From an uncultured bacterium (GTDB lineage: Bacteria > Zhuqueibacterota > QNDG01 > DTFT01): a stretch of DNA of 64,000 nt. Of this stretch, positions 18,790-30,271 are shown in pieces. The stretch lies in NCBI GenBank assembly GCA_963736115.1, contig CAVTNR010000008.1, forward strand, positions 96,001 through 160,000. Reading direction: 5' to 3'. A model generated the notes under the pieces. It was not told the DNA's origin. It worked only from the letters and a program-made list of their open reading frames with translations, and ran no database searches. The stretch's first letter is position 1. Every line of letters begins with the position of its first letter. The position numbers were made by a program, and so were the translations under genes.

Positions 18790-19833
18790 ATGCGGTATGT
18801 CCTGCCATTGACCGTATTCCTGTTTCTCGCCGTCTGCCCACTGGTTGGACAGGAGCCCGGAGTCCGCGTCATCCGGGTCCTGGCAACGGACCGGCTGGTT
18901 CTGGAAACCGGAGATACCGTTCGCACGGCCTTCGCTGAGGAGCCCTTTCAGAACGATCCGGATACGGTGCGCGGACAGTTTGCGGAATTCTTAAAAGCGT
19001 GGATGATCGTTCTGGCATCCAGCCGGATCTGGCGGGTGGAACACCTCGCATGCCCGGATTCCGCGGCTGGTGACAGCCCCGCGATTTTGAGCTCCTCCCG
19101 CTCCGTTCCGGTCATCCGCCTCAATGAGTATCTGCTCGAACAGGGTTATGCGGTTTTCCGCGAGGAATGCGACACGACCGGAAGGGCGGCCTGCTTCGCC
19201 GCCTCCAGGGCCGCCCGGAAATCCCGGCGGGGCGCGTACCAAAGCCGGAAATCGATGATGCCGGAACGAACGGTGATCGCGGCGGATTGGTACTTTCCAT
19301 ACCGGATGGCTTCGATTCAGGCCATCGGAAACCGGACGCATTTTATCGCCGAGTTCGGACGCTATTATATAATCACCGGACCCGGTCAGGATAATTACGA
19401 CCTAACCTGGGCAACGGACGACCCCGGACGGAAGCCGGCCTGGTACACCTGGACCCGTGTGGAAATCCAAGGTCGCAGATGGGGATGGATGGTTGGCGTA
19501 CTTTACGCATCCGATTGGGCGACGGTTCCCGGGCTGCCCATTCCGCTCTGGGGCGTGAGGTGGGGCGACATGGAACGCTGTTATTGGGCCCTGGACTTCG
19601 CTCTCTTTGTTCCCGTTTCCATGCGTTTCAATTACTGGCTGCGCCATCCGGTTTCCAAATGCTGGATAGGAATCAGCCCGGGCGTGTTCATGAACAGTGA
19701 TAATGAAGGGATCGCCTGGCAGATCGGAGCGGATCTGCCGCTTTTTCCCCATATTCTTCTGAAACCTCAGGCCATTTTCCCGAAAGAGTTACGCGGGGGA
19801 TTCTTCCGGATGGGAGTCGGGTGTGCGCTTTGA
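18790..19833 (+). CDS. Secreted protein with thermonuclease (SNase)-like domain and aromatic-rich C-terminal region
   Basis: LNEYLLEQGYA...ARKSRRGAY resembles the SNase C-terminal helices. Confidence 0.6.
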   Translation: MRYVLPLTVFLFLAVCPLVGQEPGVRVIRVLATDRLVLETGDTVRTAFAEEPFQNDPDTVRGQFAEFLKAWMIVLASSRIWRVEHLACPDSAAGDSPAILSSSRSVPVIRLNEYLLEQGYAVFREECDTTGRAACFAASRAARKSRRGAYQSRKSMMPERTVIAADWYFPYRMASIQAIGNRTHFIAEFGRYYIITGPGQDNYDLTWATDDPGRKPAWYTWTRVEIQGRRWGWMVGVLYASDWATVPGLPIPLWGVRWGDMERCYWALDFALFVPVSMRFNYWLRHPVSKCWIGISPGVFMNSDNEGIAWQIGADLPLFPHILLKPQAIFPKELRGGFFRMGVGCAL

Positions 19834-20395
19834 TCGATTGAGTGCGGGAATTCGAAGGATTTTCCCGGCGATCGCTGTATTGATTTTTCTCGGGACGGGC
19901 TCGGGGTCCGCTTCGGAAAAAGTGGTTGTGGCTGAGGTCCCGGACACCGGTGTCTTTCGAACGACAGACGGACGAATTTTCCGGCTGGCTTGCGTGACCG
20001 CGCCCTCGGTCCGCGATCCGGATCCGGTCATGGCCGTTTTCGGCCGTCGGGTGCGGCGCGAGGTTTCCGTGTGGATGCGACATGGCCGTTTCCGCATTGA
20101 GCCGGAACCAGCCGCATGTGCAGTCAGCGACACGCCGGCAGTGCACGTCTGGAGAAGCCAGGACCCTGTCACCAGGACGATCAACCGCCTTTTTCTTCAG
20201 AACGGATTCGGATTTTTCTCGTGTGACACCTGCAGAATCGGTGCGTCTGCACAAACGGACGGCATGCCGGAATCCGGGGGCGAGGGCGGGGAATTTAGGA
20301 TGCAGCGGATAAAAGAATACCGTGATGCCGCGGAAAAGGCGTTCCGAAAAAGAAAAGGACTCTGGAACAGTGATCTGTACGGCAAGCTCAGGTAA
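19823..20395 (+). CDS. Secreted thermonuclease (SNase)-like protein
   Basis: DGRIFRLACVTAP, INRLFLQNGFG, AAEKAFRKRKGLW. Confidence 0.65.
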   Translation: MRFDRLSAGIRRIFPAIAVLIFLGTGSGSASEKVVVAEVPDTGVFRTTDGRIFRLACVTAPSVRDPDPVMAVFGRRVRREVSVWMRHGRFRIEPEPAACAVSDTPAVHVWRSQDPVTRTINRLFLQNGFGFFSCDTCRIGASAQTDGMPESGGEGGEFRMQRIKEYRDAAEKAFRKRKGLWNSDLYGKLR

Positions 20396-20437
20396 CGCGC
20401 CTCCCGGGAGAGGCCGGCCGACTCCGGGGGAAGCGGC

Positions 20438-20950
20438 ATGAACGCGCAGGCCGGCATGATTTTTTCTAATATCCGTCTGCTGACCGCAGCGGACCTCCCG
20501 TCCGTTCTGGACGCGCAGCGGGAGTCCTACGGCGCGGCTCTGATCGAGGATGAGGCGGTTTTCCGGGAGCGGATGAGGATTTTTCCGGCCGGGATGCTCG
20601 GTGCGATCTCCGGTGAAACGCTTGCCGGATACGCGGTCTGCCATCCCTGGATTTTCGGCAGAACCGTGCCCTTGAACTCGGTGGTCCTGGAGATCCCGGA
20701 GGGTCCCGACTGCCTGTACATCCACGCTGTGGCCGTACGCCCGGCTTTCCGCGGCGCTCATATCGGCGGGTGGCTCGTGGCGGCGGTGATGGAAGTGGGG
20801 ATCATCGCCGGACTCCGGCGTTTCACCCTGACCGCGGTTCAATCGTCGGAGAAATTCTGGGAGCGGTTCGGTTTCCGTCCGGCGGATCGGATCGAGACCG
20901 TGGAGGGGGTCACGGCCTCTGTGATGACGATGGACAGAACGGCCGGGTGA
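20438..20950 (+). CDS. GNAT family N-acetyltransferase
   Basis: LYIHAVAVRPAFRGAHIG, FWERFGF. Confidence 0.88.
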   Translation: MNAQAGMIFSNIRLLTAADLPSVLDAQRESYGAALIEDEAVFRERMRIFPAGMLGAISGETLAGYAVCHPWIFGRTVPLNSVVLEIPEGPDCLYIHAVAVRPAFRGAHIGGWLVAAVMEVGIIAGLRRFTLTAVQSSEKFWERFGFRPADRIETVEGVTASVMTMDRTAG

Positions 20951-21164
20951 TAAGTAATGAAAAACGCTCCGGGAGGTTCCAAACCTACCGGAGCGTGGGA
21001 CCAATTTATCACATTCTCGGAATGTTGAAGGCCCGGAGCGTTCACGCGAAGAACCTCCCGCGGGTTTGCACGAACCCGCGGGAGATACTCCGTCCCGATG
21101 GAACCGGCGGTCATCAAACGCCCGGATTCCGGATTTAACCGCCTTCAGTGAGCGATACGCCCGC

Positions 21165-21845
21165 ATGACCGCAATTCTGCTGATAGGTTTTCTCGCCCCG
21201 GTTCTGATCGCCGTCGGCCTTCTGGGTTTTAAAAACGTCCAATTGACCTTCCTGTTGTACCAGGGCCTCTATTGCATCGGGATCCCGGTCGCGGACCTTG
21301 TCTTCTTCCGCCGGCTGTCCGCCGCTCAGATCGGGGAAAAACTCGGTGTCCGTTTCGGCCGGAAGCCGGTTCTTCAGGGGGTCCTGATCGGGATCGCGGT
21401 CATGATCCTGATGACGGCTTTTTTCGTCCTTCTCCGGAATGTCCTCATCGACCCGGATGCGATCAGCACCCTGCTCCGGGATTGGCGGATCGGCCGGAGC
21501 CAACTGCTGGTTTTTCTAATTGTCATGTCTTTCGCAAATCCGGTCGTCGAGGAACTGTATTGGAGGGGGTATTTCTTCGACCGCCTGAAAAACCGGATGT
21601 CCGCCGGCCGTTCGGCAGTGCTTTCCTCGTTTTTCTACGCTTCCTACCATTTCGTCACAACGGCCAGCCTGTTCAATCTGAACATCGGGCTTTTATTCAC
21701 GACGGTCATTTTCGGGGCGGGTGTATTCTGGGGGATCTTGAGGGAAAAGTCGGATTCCGTGATTGGTCCGGTCATCATTCACATGGCGGCTGATTGGGCG
21801 GTGATGATCGCCTATTTTCTCTACATACACGACCGGCTGGGCTGA
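21165..21845 (+). CDS. CPBP (Abi/CAAX) intramembrane metalloprotease
   Basis: EELYWRG, FYASYH, HMAAD motifs with several TM helices. Confidence 0.88.
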   Translation: MTAILLIGFLAPVLIAVGLLGFKNVQLTFLLYQGLYCIGIPVADLVFFRRLSAAQIGEKLGVRFGRKPVLQGVLIGIAVMILMTAFFVLLRNVLIDPDAISTLLRDWRIGRSQLLVFLIVMSFANPVVEELYWRGYFFDRLKNRMSAGRSAVLSSFFYASYHFVTTASLFNLNIGLLFTTVIFGAGVFWGILREKSDSVIGPVIIHMAADWAVMIAYFLYIHDRLG

Positions 21846-21902
21846 GCTGTCCGTATAGAAAAACGATTACCTTCTTTCAAATAAAGGTAATCGTTTATTT
21901 TC

Positions 21903-21931
21903 GTAGGGGCGACGCGCCGCGTCGCCCCTGC
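21903..21931. repeat. GTAG-type REP palindrome
   Basis: GTAGGGGCGACGCGCCGCGTCGCCCCTGC between convergent genes. Confidence 0.7.
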
Positions 21932-21972
21932 GATGGCTTGAAGCGTCCGACGGCTTCGGAATACGCAAACAA

Positions 21973-22829
21973 TCAGGCGCTTTTCCGTCTCAGTTTCCCC
22001 ATCGCGCTGACGTAGCATCCCTCGGGATCGGCCACGGCCTTCAGGCAGTACAGGCTCCGGTATTTCCGCTCCTCGGGCTCGGAGCGGTCCGAGACGTCGG
22101 CCAGCGCGCCCCACGGGCAGGCCAGGCACTGCTCGGGCTGGCGGTCCAGAAGCGAGGCCATGCGCACCGAGACGAGCGCCTTCTCGTCCGTCCACCGCCA
22201 TCCCCATCCGCGGCCCTGTGTTTCCACCTGCTTCGGATGCGAGACCACGATGCGGCCCCTGTCCTCACGGATTTCACCGGTCATTTCCACTTTCATTTTC
22301 GCGGTAAAACCGAACGACGCCATCAGGCCGGGGGACACGCGGACGTAAACCGGCCCGTCCACGGGCTCGACGCCGATGAACCCGTTCCGCAGGACCAGCA
22401 GATACCCCCTCAGCCGGAGCCGCGACCGGTCCGGGAGAACGGTTTTTTCGAACCAGGGCTTGACCGTGGCAATGCGGCCCGCGACCTGCGGCCTGCCCCG
22501 GACCGCTTTTTCGATCCACGCCTCGTACGCCTCCAGATCGTCGAGAAAGGCGTCGTACGCCTCTCCTTCGATGAGGCGTTCGGGCTGAAAGTGGAGCTTG
22601 TCCTCCGCGTAATGGGTGCAGCCTTTGCATTGCGGCCCGGCATGTTGAAACCCTGCGGACAGCGGCCGCCTTTTTCCAGCTTCACGCAGTGCCAGACGAA
22701 ATAGAGACAGCCCGATGGCCAGCATTTCTTTTCGCGCAGAACGTGATAGGCCGACACGGCGCCGCTGAACCGGCGGTGCGCCTCCTGCCGGCACCGGAAC
22801 ACGTCGGTGCGTTTCAGGGGATTGATCAC
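21973..22829 (-). CDS. Cys-rich hypothetical protein with one apparent frameshift near 22630
   Basis: N-part (VINPLKRTDVFRC...CWPSGC...C...C) lies in the frame of ORF 22410..23009 and continues as CKGCTHY...CLAC...LYCLK in the frame of ORF 21973..22833. GTG start overlaps the upstream stop. Confidence 0.6.
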
Positions 22830-23734
22830 ACATTCTCCCTGCCGGAAAAATCGAGCTCGCTTTCGGAAGCGCCGTGTTCCAGTTCGTACAGCGATTTCCG
22901 TCTCGATTCCAGATCCAGGATTTCCTCTCCCCGGTATTCCGCGGCCGTCTGGAGCACTCCGGCCTGCTCCATCGCCGCCTGGAACAGGGGCTCGGCTTTG
23001 CGCCGCCACTCCGGGTCCCGGAGGGGATGGTGGTCGTACAGGATGCGCCGGCTTCCGGATTCGGAAATCAGGCGGCGCATCCGGCGGATCAGCTGAGACG
23101 TGGCGGGCCGCCGGACACCGCGCTCGGCCGGATTCGAGTCCGGGCCGTCGAGGTACAGCACCGACGGCTTCGCGGACGCGAGAAACAGCGCGGTCGGTTC
23201 CGGATAGACGCCCTTCGCGGCCGAGGAAAATGCGAACGATTCATCGTCTTCGGTGACGACCAGCGGGATGGCGGCCTCGCGGGGGTCGGCCGGTCCGGCC
23301 GGGACGAAGTCGCCGAAGGCGATGCGGCAGGCGCCGGCGGAGAAGGCGGTTCCGTCCGCGAATACGATTTCCTCGCACAGGTTCCGCGCGGTTTTCAGGA
23401 AAGCGAAGGCGCGGGTGCGGCTTTCAGGGGAGAGACAGAGATTGGGATTCTTCACCAGGAGCCGCTTGCCCTTCATCCATTCGGGCGACTCGAACCGGAC
23501 ATGCTCCGGATCCCAGCGGGTGACGGCGATGATGCGGGCGGTCTTGGCGAACAGCGAGATGCGGCTGAGCGCCTTGTCCAGGCGGTCGGTTTCAAGGGGG
23601 TGGGGCGGAAGGCCGCGGCGGCGTTCCGCCAGGACGGCGCCGGGATCGATCAGGATTCCGGCGCCGCGGCCTTCCACGAAAGTGGCCATCGAACGGACGC
23701 CCATGGAGTCCGCGGCGAGCGGGATGATCTGCAT
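22826..23734 (-). CDS. UPF0282-like metallo-beta-lactamase-fold protein
   Basis: MQIIPLAADSMGVRSMATFVE, ILIDPG, GLPPHPLE, DHHPLRD, TAAEYRG...LESRRK. Confidence 0.75.
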   Translation of the reverse strand: MQIIPLAADSMGVRSMATFVEGRGAGILIDPGAVLAERRRGLPPHPLETDRLDKALSRISLFAKTARIIAVTRWDPEHVRFESPEWMKGKRLLVKNPNLCLSPESRTRAFAFLKTARNLCEEIVFADGTAFSAGACRIAFGDFVPAGPADPREAAIPLVVTEDDESFAFSSAAKGVYPEPTALFLASAKPSVLYLDGPDSNPAERGVRRPATSQLIRRMRRLISESGSRRILYDHHPLRDPEWRRKAEPLFQAAMEQAGVLQTAAEYRGEEILDLESRRKSLYELEHGASESELDFSGRENV

Positions 23735-23813
23735 GTCGAGCGTCGCTCCCGTAAATGAAAAGGGTTTTGGCGGCCGCGGCCGCCAAAACCCGGACTTCCG
23801 CGTTCCGGAGGGT

Positions 23814-25073
23814 TTACGTCCCGATCTTCCAGGACGAGAGGTATTCCTTCTGCTCCTCGGTGAGCTCGTCGATGCGCACGCCCATCGATTCAAGCTTCAG
23901 CCGGGACACCCAGTCCTCGATCTCGGCCGGGACGTCGTAGACCCGCGTCTCCAGCTTGCCCGCATTTTGGACGACCCATTCGGAGCACATCGCCTGGGTC
24001 GAGAAGCTCATGTCCATCACGCTGGCGGGATGCCCCTCGGCCGCCGCGAGGTTGATGAGCCGGCCCTCGGCCAGCACGCGCAGGCACCGGCCGTTCGGCA
24101 GAACGAATTCATCGACGTTCCGGCGCACCCCGGTGCGCGTTTCTTTTGCCATCTTTTTCAGCGCGTCCAGGTCGATTTCAACGTTGAAGTGGCCTGAATT
24201 CGCGAGAATCGCCCGGTCCTTCATGACCTCGAAATGCTCCTTGCGGATCACGTGGATGTCGCCGGTCAGGGTGCAGAAGAGGTCCCCGATCTTCGCGGCC
24301 TCGTCCATGGGCATGACCGGGAATCCGTCCATCGCGGCCTCGATGGCCTTGATCGGGTCGACTTCGGTCACGATCACGTGCGAACCCATGCCCTTGCAGC
24401 GCGCGGCGAAGCCGCGGCCGCACCAGCCGTACCCCGCCACGACGACCGTCTTGCCCGCGAGCAGGATGTCCGTCGCCCGGATGATGCCGTCCACCGTGGA
24501 CTGCCCGGTGCCGTAGCGGTTGTCGAACAGGTTCTTGGTCTTGGCGTCGTTCACCGCAACGACGGGGATTTTCAGCGAATGGTCGGCGGCCATGGCGCGC
24601 AGGCGGATCACGCCCGTGGTCGTCTCCTCCATGCTACCGAGGATTTCCTTCGTCTGGTCCGGGTAGTCGAAATGAATGGTGGACACGAGGTCGGCGCCGT
24701 CGTCCATGGTCACATGGGGCCGGACCTCGATGGCCGTTCGGATGTGGCGGTAGTACATGTCCTTGTCCTCGCCGCGCACCGCGTGCACGGCGATGCCGTA
24801 TTCCTTCACCAGCGCGGCGGCCACGTCATCCTGGGTGGAGAGCGGATTGGAGGCCACCAGGCAAACGTCGGCTCCGCCGGCCTTGAGGGTCCGGACGAGG
24901 TTGGCGGTTTCGGCGGTCACGTGCAGGCACGCGGACAGGCGCTTGCCCGCGAACGGTTTTTCCTTCTCGAAGCGCCTGCGGAGCAGATTGAGAACGGGCA
25001 TGTCCTGGTCGGCCCATTCGATGCGGCGCTTCCCTTCCGCGGCGAGCCCGGGGTCCTTGATTTCAAAATTCAT
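23814..25073 (-). CDS. ahcY: Adenosylhomocysteinase
   Basis: ACLHVTAET, SNPLSTQD, EETTTG, FDNRYGTGQS, GHPASVMD. Confidence 0.97.
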   Translation of the reverse strand: MNFEIKDPGLAAEGKRRIEWADQDMPVLNLLRRRFEKEKPFAGKRLSACLHVTAETANLVRTLKAGGADVCLVASNPLSTQDDVAAALVKEYGIAVHAVRGEDKDMYYRHIRTAIEVRPHVTMDDGADLVSTIHFDYPDQTKEILGSMEETTTGVIRLRAMAADHSLKIPVVAVNDAKTKNLFDNRYGTGQSTVDGIIRATDILLAGKTVVVAGYGWCGRGFAARCKGMGSHVIVTEVDPIKAIEAAMDGFPVMPMDEAAKIGDLFCTLTGDIHVIRKEHFEVMKDRAILANSGHFNVEIDLDALKKMAKETRTGVRRNVDEFVLPNGRCLRVLAEGRLINLAAAEGHPASVMDMSFSTQAMCSEWVVQNAGKLETRVYDVPAEIEDWVSRLKLESMGVRIDELTEEQKEYLSSWKIGT

Positions 25074-25198
25074 TATTATTTCCTTGTTTTAAGATGATGC
25101 CCGTGCCGCATCCGGCGGGAAATGCCGTTCCTGCGGCCGGATCGGCGGACCTGCAAGGCCGGACCCGGCCGGCTCCGGTCCGGCCGGGACGGGTCAGA

Positions 25199-26335
25199 CT
25201 AGGCCTTGATCAGCTCTTCCGTGCGGTCCGTCTTTTCCCAGGTGAATTCAGGCTCGGTCCGTCCGAAATGGCCGTAAGAGGCCGTCTTGCGGTAAATCGG
25301 GCGGCGCAGGTTCAGACGCTCGATGATGCCCTTCGGCCTGAGGTCGAACACCTTCTTGACCTTGCGTTCGAGCTCGGCGTCCGACACCTTGCCCGTTCCC
25401 TGGCTTCGGACAAGCACGGATACCGGCTCGGCCACGCCGATGGCATAGGCGAGCTGCACCGAGCACCGGTCCGCCAGACCCGCGGCCACCACGTTCTTGG
25501 CGACCCAGCGGGCGGCGTAGCATGCCGAGCGGTCCACCTTGGTCGGATCCTTGCCCGAGAAGGCGCCGCCGCCGTGGCTCTCGTATCCGCCGTAGGTGTC
25601 GACGATGATCTTTCGGCCGGTCAGCCCCGTGTCGCCGTGGGGCCCGCCGATGACGAAGCGGCCGGTCGGGTTGATGTGGGTTTTCAGCTTCTTCGGGTCC
25701 GTGAGCTCCGCGGGCAGAACCGGCAGGATCACCCTCTCGAGCACGTCCTTCCGCAACTGCTCGATCGACGGGTCCGGATCGTGCTGGGTGGAGATGACGA
25801 CGGTGTCCACGGCCACCGGCTTGTGTCCCTCGTACAGGATGGTCACCTGGCTCTTGCCGTCCGGCCGCAGGTAGGGAAGAATTTTCTCCTTGCGCACATC
25901 GGCCAGCCGGCGCGTCAGCTTGTGGGCCAGCATGATCGGAAGGGGCATGAGTTCCGGCGTTTCATTGGCCGCGAAGCCGAACATCATGCCCTGGTCGCCC
26001 GCGCCCTCGCGGTCGACGCCCATCGAAATGTCGCCGGATTGCCGCTGAATCGTGTTCAGCACGGCGCAGGTCTCGTAATCAAAGCCGTAGTGCGCGTTGG
26101 TGTACCCGATGTCCATGACGACCTTGCGTACCAATTCGGGAATGTCCACGTAAGTTTCCGTCGTGATCTCTCCGCCCACCAGGACCATGCCGGTCGTCAC
26201 GTAGGTTTCGCACGCCACGCGGCCCTTGGGGTCGTCGGCCATCACGGCGTCGAGAACCGCGTCCGAGATCTGGTCCGCGACTTTGTCCGGATGCCCCTCG
26301 GTCACCGATTCGGAAGTGAAGGGATGCAGTTCCAT
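25199..26335 (-). CDS. metK: S-adenosylmethionine synthetase
   Basis: [35 protein letters not shown]. Confidence 0.97.
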   Translation of the reverse strand: MELHPFTSESVTEGHPDKVADQISDAVLDAVMADDPKGRVACETYVTTGMVLVGGEITTETYVDIPELVRKVVMDIGYTNAHYGFDYETCAVLNTIQRQSGDISMGVDREGAGDQGMMFGFAANETPELMPLPIMLAHKLTRRLADVRKEKILPYLRPDGKSQVTILYEGHKPVAVDTVVISTQHDPDPSIEQLRKDVLERVILPVLPAELTDPKKLKTHINPTGRFVIGGPHGDTGLTGRKIIVDTYGGYESHGGGAFSGKDPTKVDRSACYAARWVAKNVVAAGLADRCSVQLAYAIGVAEPVSVLVRSQGTGKVSDAELERKVKKVFDLRPKGIIERLNLRRPIYRKTASYGHFGRTEPEFTWEKTDRTEELIKA

Positions 26336-26364
26336 TGAAAACTCCTGTTCAGGGGGTGAGGCCG

Positions 26365-27429
26365 TCACTGGCCGAGTTTTTTCTTGAGAAAATTGATGTT
26401 CTCGATCTCCGTCGGGTCCGCGCCGTTCAGCACCGCCAGGTACAGGCTGACCACGTCGCCGAGATGCACGAGGTAGAGCAGGCGTTCGAAGGCCGTCGCG
26501 CCTTTGGCCTGCGCCTCGAACGCCTTGCCCCGGTTCTTCTCCACCAGGCCGCGGATGACGTTCATTCTCAGCTTGACGCGCGGGTGCTCGTCCGGCGAGC
26601 GCAGCAGCACCGCGGCCAGCGCGCCGTAATACGGTTTCGTGGCGGCCAGCCGCTTCCATCCCACGATCTCGTTATGGCACATCTCGGGGACGGCCAGGAC
26701 GGCCGCGTGGATCTTGCTGTTCTCGTTAAACTGACATTTCCATCGGAAGCCGACGGATTCGAGCGACCCTTCGGCCGCGGAGATCAGCGGGAACCGGCCC
26801 TTGAGTTTTTTCGCCAACTGGGCCGCCGCGTTGCTTTTATTCTTCAGATCCGCCAGTTTCGCGCTTTCACGGGTCATGAACGCGGCCGCGCGGTTAAAGG
26901 CCTCTTTTGATACGGGGCTCACTCCGAACCCGTCGAAAATTTGGAGCAGGACTCCCAGGCTGAAGCCCAGGGCCGAACGCGGTGGGTATCCGGCCGGTAT
27001 GAGAACCCGGTCGAGATGTTTCGATTCCGCGATTTCCGCGATGCGGCCGCCGGAGGTGACGCACAGCACCCGGCAGCCCCGCCCGACGGCCTGCTCCGTC
27101 GCGGAGAGGGTCTCCTCTGTGTTGCCGGAATAGCTCGACGCGATGAACAGGGTTCCGCTGTCCGCGAAAGCGGGCAGGTCATAGCCCCGGTTCACGGTCA
27201 TCGGCACCCGCAGGCCCGCGCCCAGGACGGACTTGAGGATGTCGCCGGCAATGGCCGACCCGCCCATTCCGCTGAACACGATGTTCCGGATCGAGCCGAA
27301 ATCGATGGAAACGGGCGACGCCTCGGCGATGGCCCAGCCTTTTTTCAGCTGATCCGGGAATTCAAGGATCTTGGGAAACATGGAGGACCGATCGGCGGTC
27401 CGGATGGATTTGATGTTGAGGGTGGCCAT
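26365..27429 (-). CDS. Bifunctional phosphoglucose/phosphomannose isomerase
   Basis: [35 protein letters not shown]. Confidence 0.92.
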   Translation of the reverse strand: MATLNIKSIRTADRSSMFPKILEFPDQLKKGWAIAEASPVSIDFGSIRNIVFSGMGGSAIAGDILKSVLGAGLRVPMTVNRGYDLPAFADSGTLFIASSYSGNTEETLSATEQAVGRGCRVLCVTSGGRIAEIAESKHLDRVLIPAGYPPRSALGFSLGVLLQIFDGFGVSPVSKEAFNRAAAFMTRESAKLADLKNKSNAAAQLAKKLKGRFPLISAAEGSLESVGFRWKCQFNENSKIHAAVLAVPEMCHNEIVGWKRLAATKPYYGALAAVLLRSPDEHPRVKLRMNVIRGLVEKNRGKAFEAQAKGATAFERLLYLVHLGDVVSLYLAVLNGADPTEIENINFLKKKLGQ

Positions 27430-27693
27430 TCATTCCTCGTGAAATTTGTCGTTCAGGAGTTTCTCGATGGCGTCCAGGACCTCGGTCTCCTGGGGCCCCT
27501 TGGCGCGAAACGTGAGACTGCTGCCCTGTTCCGCGGCCAGCATCAGGACGCCCATGATGCTCTTGGCGTTGATCGAATTGCCGTTCTTGATGACCTGCAC
27601 CTCGGCGTCGAACCGGGAGGCGGTTTCCACCAGAAGGGCCGCCGGCCGCGCGTGCAGGCCGAGTTTGTTCTGTATCTTTAGTGTGCGTTCCAT
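27430..27693 (-). CDS. ptsH: Phosphocarrier protein HPr
   Basis: GLHARPA and NAKSIMGVLML. Confidence 0.95.
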   Translation of the reverse strand: MERTLKIQNKLGLHARPAALLVETASRFDAEVQVIKNGNSINAKSIMGVLMLAAEQGSSLTFRAKGPQETEVLDAIEKLLNDKFHEE

Positions 27694-27758
27694 GTGGTCT
27701 TTCAAATTAATAAAACTTTCTATTTTAGCAAATCTTTTGAATAAAATCAAGAACAATG

Positions 27759-27787
27759 TTGACATTGAATGAATTTGTCAGTATATT
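27759..27787 (+). promoter_or_regulatory. Sigma70 promoter for hppA
   Basis: TTGACA-N17-TATATT. Confidence 0.65.
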
Positions 27788-27881
27788 TATCGTCTAAATT
27801 TGTGTTTTCGGGCATACCCTAAGTCATTGGTATACCTGAAAATAGAATCCATCCCTTTCCACAAGGAGGTTTAATCCACCT

Positions 27882-30187
27882 ATGCTGCAAGGTCTGACCC
27901 CGTTTGAACAGGTGGCGATTCTGTGCGTTCTCGGCATCGCCATCCTGGGTCTGCTCTACGCGCTGATGCTGCGCAGGCAGATTCTCAAGGAAGACCGCGG
28001 ATCGGCTAAAATGATCGAAGTCTGGACCGCGATCCGCGACGGCGCCGACACCTATCTGAAGCGCCAGCTCAAGTCCATTCTGCCGCTGATCGGGATCCTG
28101 GTCGTGGCCCTCTTCCTCTCCGTGTACATCGTGCCCCCCTCCGCCGAGGCGATGGAACGCTTCGCCGGCCTGCCCGAGGAGACGGTCCGGCTGATCATCG
28201 GTTTCGCGCGGGCCGTGGCCTTCGTCATGGGCGCCGGCTTCTCCCTGATGGTCGGTCAGCTCGGCATGCGCATGGCCGTGCAGGCCAATGTGCGCGTGGC
28301 CGCCGCGCGCCCGCAAGTCGTTCGGCGACGCGCTGCGCATCGCCTACCGCGCCGGCACCGATCACCGGCATGCTGACCGACGGCCTGGGGCTGTTCGGCG
28401 GCACCATCGATCTTCATCGTACTCGGCATCGCCGCTCCCGACGCCCTGCTCGGCTTCGGCTTCGGCGGCACGCTGCTGGCGCTGTTCATGCGCGTGGGCG
28501 GCGGCATCTACACCAAGGCCGCCGACGTGGGCGCCGACCTGGTCGGCAAGGTCGAAGCGGGCATCCCGGAGGACGACCCGCGCAATCCGGCCGTCGTCGC
28601 CGACCTGGTCGGCGACAACGTCGGCGACTGCGCCGGCATGGCGGCCGACATCTTCGAATCCTACGAAGTGACCATCGTCTCCGGCCTGATCCTCGGCCTG
28701 GCGCTGTTCCACTGACCGGCCACATGGAATGGATCATCTTCCCGCTGCTCGTGCGCGGCATCGGCGTGCTCTCTCGATCATCGGCACGTACGTGGTGACG
28801 GGCGGACCGGGAAAGAGCGGCGACGCCATGACAGGCCATCTTCCGCGGCTTCTTCACGTCGGCCGCCATCTCGATCGCGCTGTTCGGCGCGCTGGCTTAC
28901 TTCTACATGTCCGGCATGCCCGGCGGCTGGTGGCGGCCCTTCGCGGCCGTCGCGATCGGCGTGATGCTGGCCATCGCTCATCGACCGGCTGACCGAGTAC
29001 TTCACCGGCACCCACAACGCGACCGGTCAACGAGATCCGGGATGCCACGAACACGGGTCCGGCCACGCTCATTCTGCACCGGCCTCGCCGTGGGTTTTGA
29101 ATCGACCGTCTGGTCGGTCCTCGTCATCGCCGCTCACCATCTTCGGCTCCATCCTGATCTTCGGAACCATGGATGGCTTCGTTCACCGAGACGGTCACGT
29201 ACATCCTGTACGGCGTGGCCATGACCGGCATCGGCATGCTGACCCTGACCGGCAACAACGTGGCCATGGACTCGTTCGGTCCCATCGCGGACAACGCGAA
29301 CGGCATCGGCGAGATGGCCTGGTCCGGCAAGAAGGACAAGTCGACCGTCGAGGCCCGCCAGATCATGGCCGACCTGGACGCGGTCGGCAACACAACCAAG
29401 GCCATCACCAAGGGCGTGGCCATCGGCTCCGCGGTCATCGCGGCCGTTTCTCTGTTCGGATCGTTCATGACCGACGTCTCGCAAGATCGGATCCCATGGC
29501 GCTCGCGATCGGCATCCGCGTGTCAGAGCCCATCGTGTTCGTGGGCATGCTCATCGGCGGGGCCCTGCCGTGGCTGTTCTCGTCGTTCTGCATTCAGGCG
29601 GTCAGCCGCGCGGCTTCGCTGATCGTCGAGGAAGTGCGGCGCCAGTTCAAGGCCGGCGTGCTGGAGGGCAAGGTGAAGCCCGATTACCGGGCCAGGCGGT
29701 CAAGATTTCCACCACCGCGGCGCAGAAGGAGCTCGTCAGTCTGGCCCTTCTCGGCGTCGTGACCCCGGTGGTCGTCGGCCTGGTGTTCAAGGTCGAGGCG
29801 CTGGGCGGGTTCCTCGCGGGCATCATCGTCTCCGGTCAGCTGCTGGCCGTGTTCATGTCGAACGCCGGCGGCGCCTGGGACAATGCCAAGAAAATGATCG
29901 AGGACGAACCCCGCGACCCGAAGAAGAACACCGGCAAGGGTTCCGAGCGCCACAAGGCGAGCGTGGTCGGCGACACGGTCGGCGATCCCCTGAAGGATAC
30001 GGCCGGACCGGCGCTGAACCCGATGATCAAGGTCGTGAACCTGGTGTCGCTGATCATCGCGCCCATCGTGGTCCAGTACCAGGAACTCGGCTGGGCCGGA
30101 TGGGTCGTCGTCGGCGTGCTGCTGGCCGGCCTGGTCTGGGCGATCGGAAACAGCAAGAAACCCGTGCCGTCTCTCGTGAAGAAGTAA
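27882..30187 (+). CDS. hppA: Membrane H+-translocating pyrophosphatase (K+-independent type), split by about ten frameshifts that are probably read errors
   Basis: [37 protein letters not shown] and [10 protein letters not shown] occur in order across frames. Confidence 0.88.
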
Positions 30188-30271
30188 AAAAGCGGCATCC
30201 GGTTTTTCAGGACGTTTTCGAGGGCGGCCCCGTTTCTGGGGCCGCCCTTTGTTTTTCAGCGGGATTTTTCT

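Noticed and set aside
27882-30187. Programmed frameshifting or a true hppA pseudogene
   Set aside because: Too many scattered indels with otherwise conserved motifs; read error is more parsimonious, though unproven.
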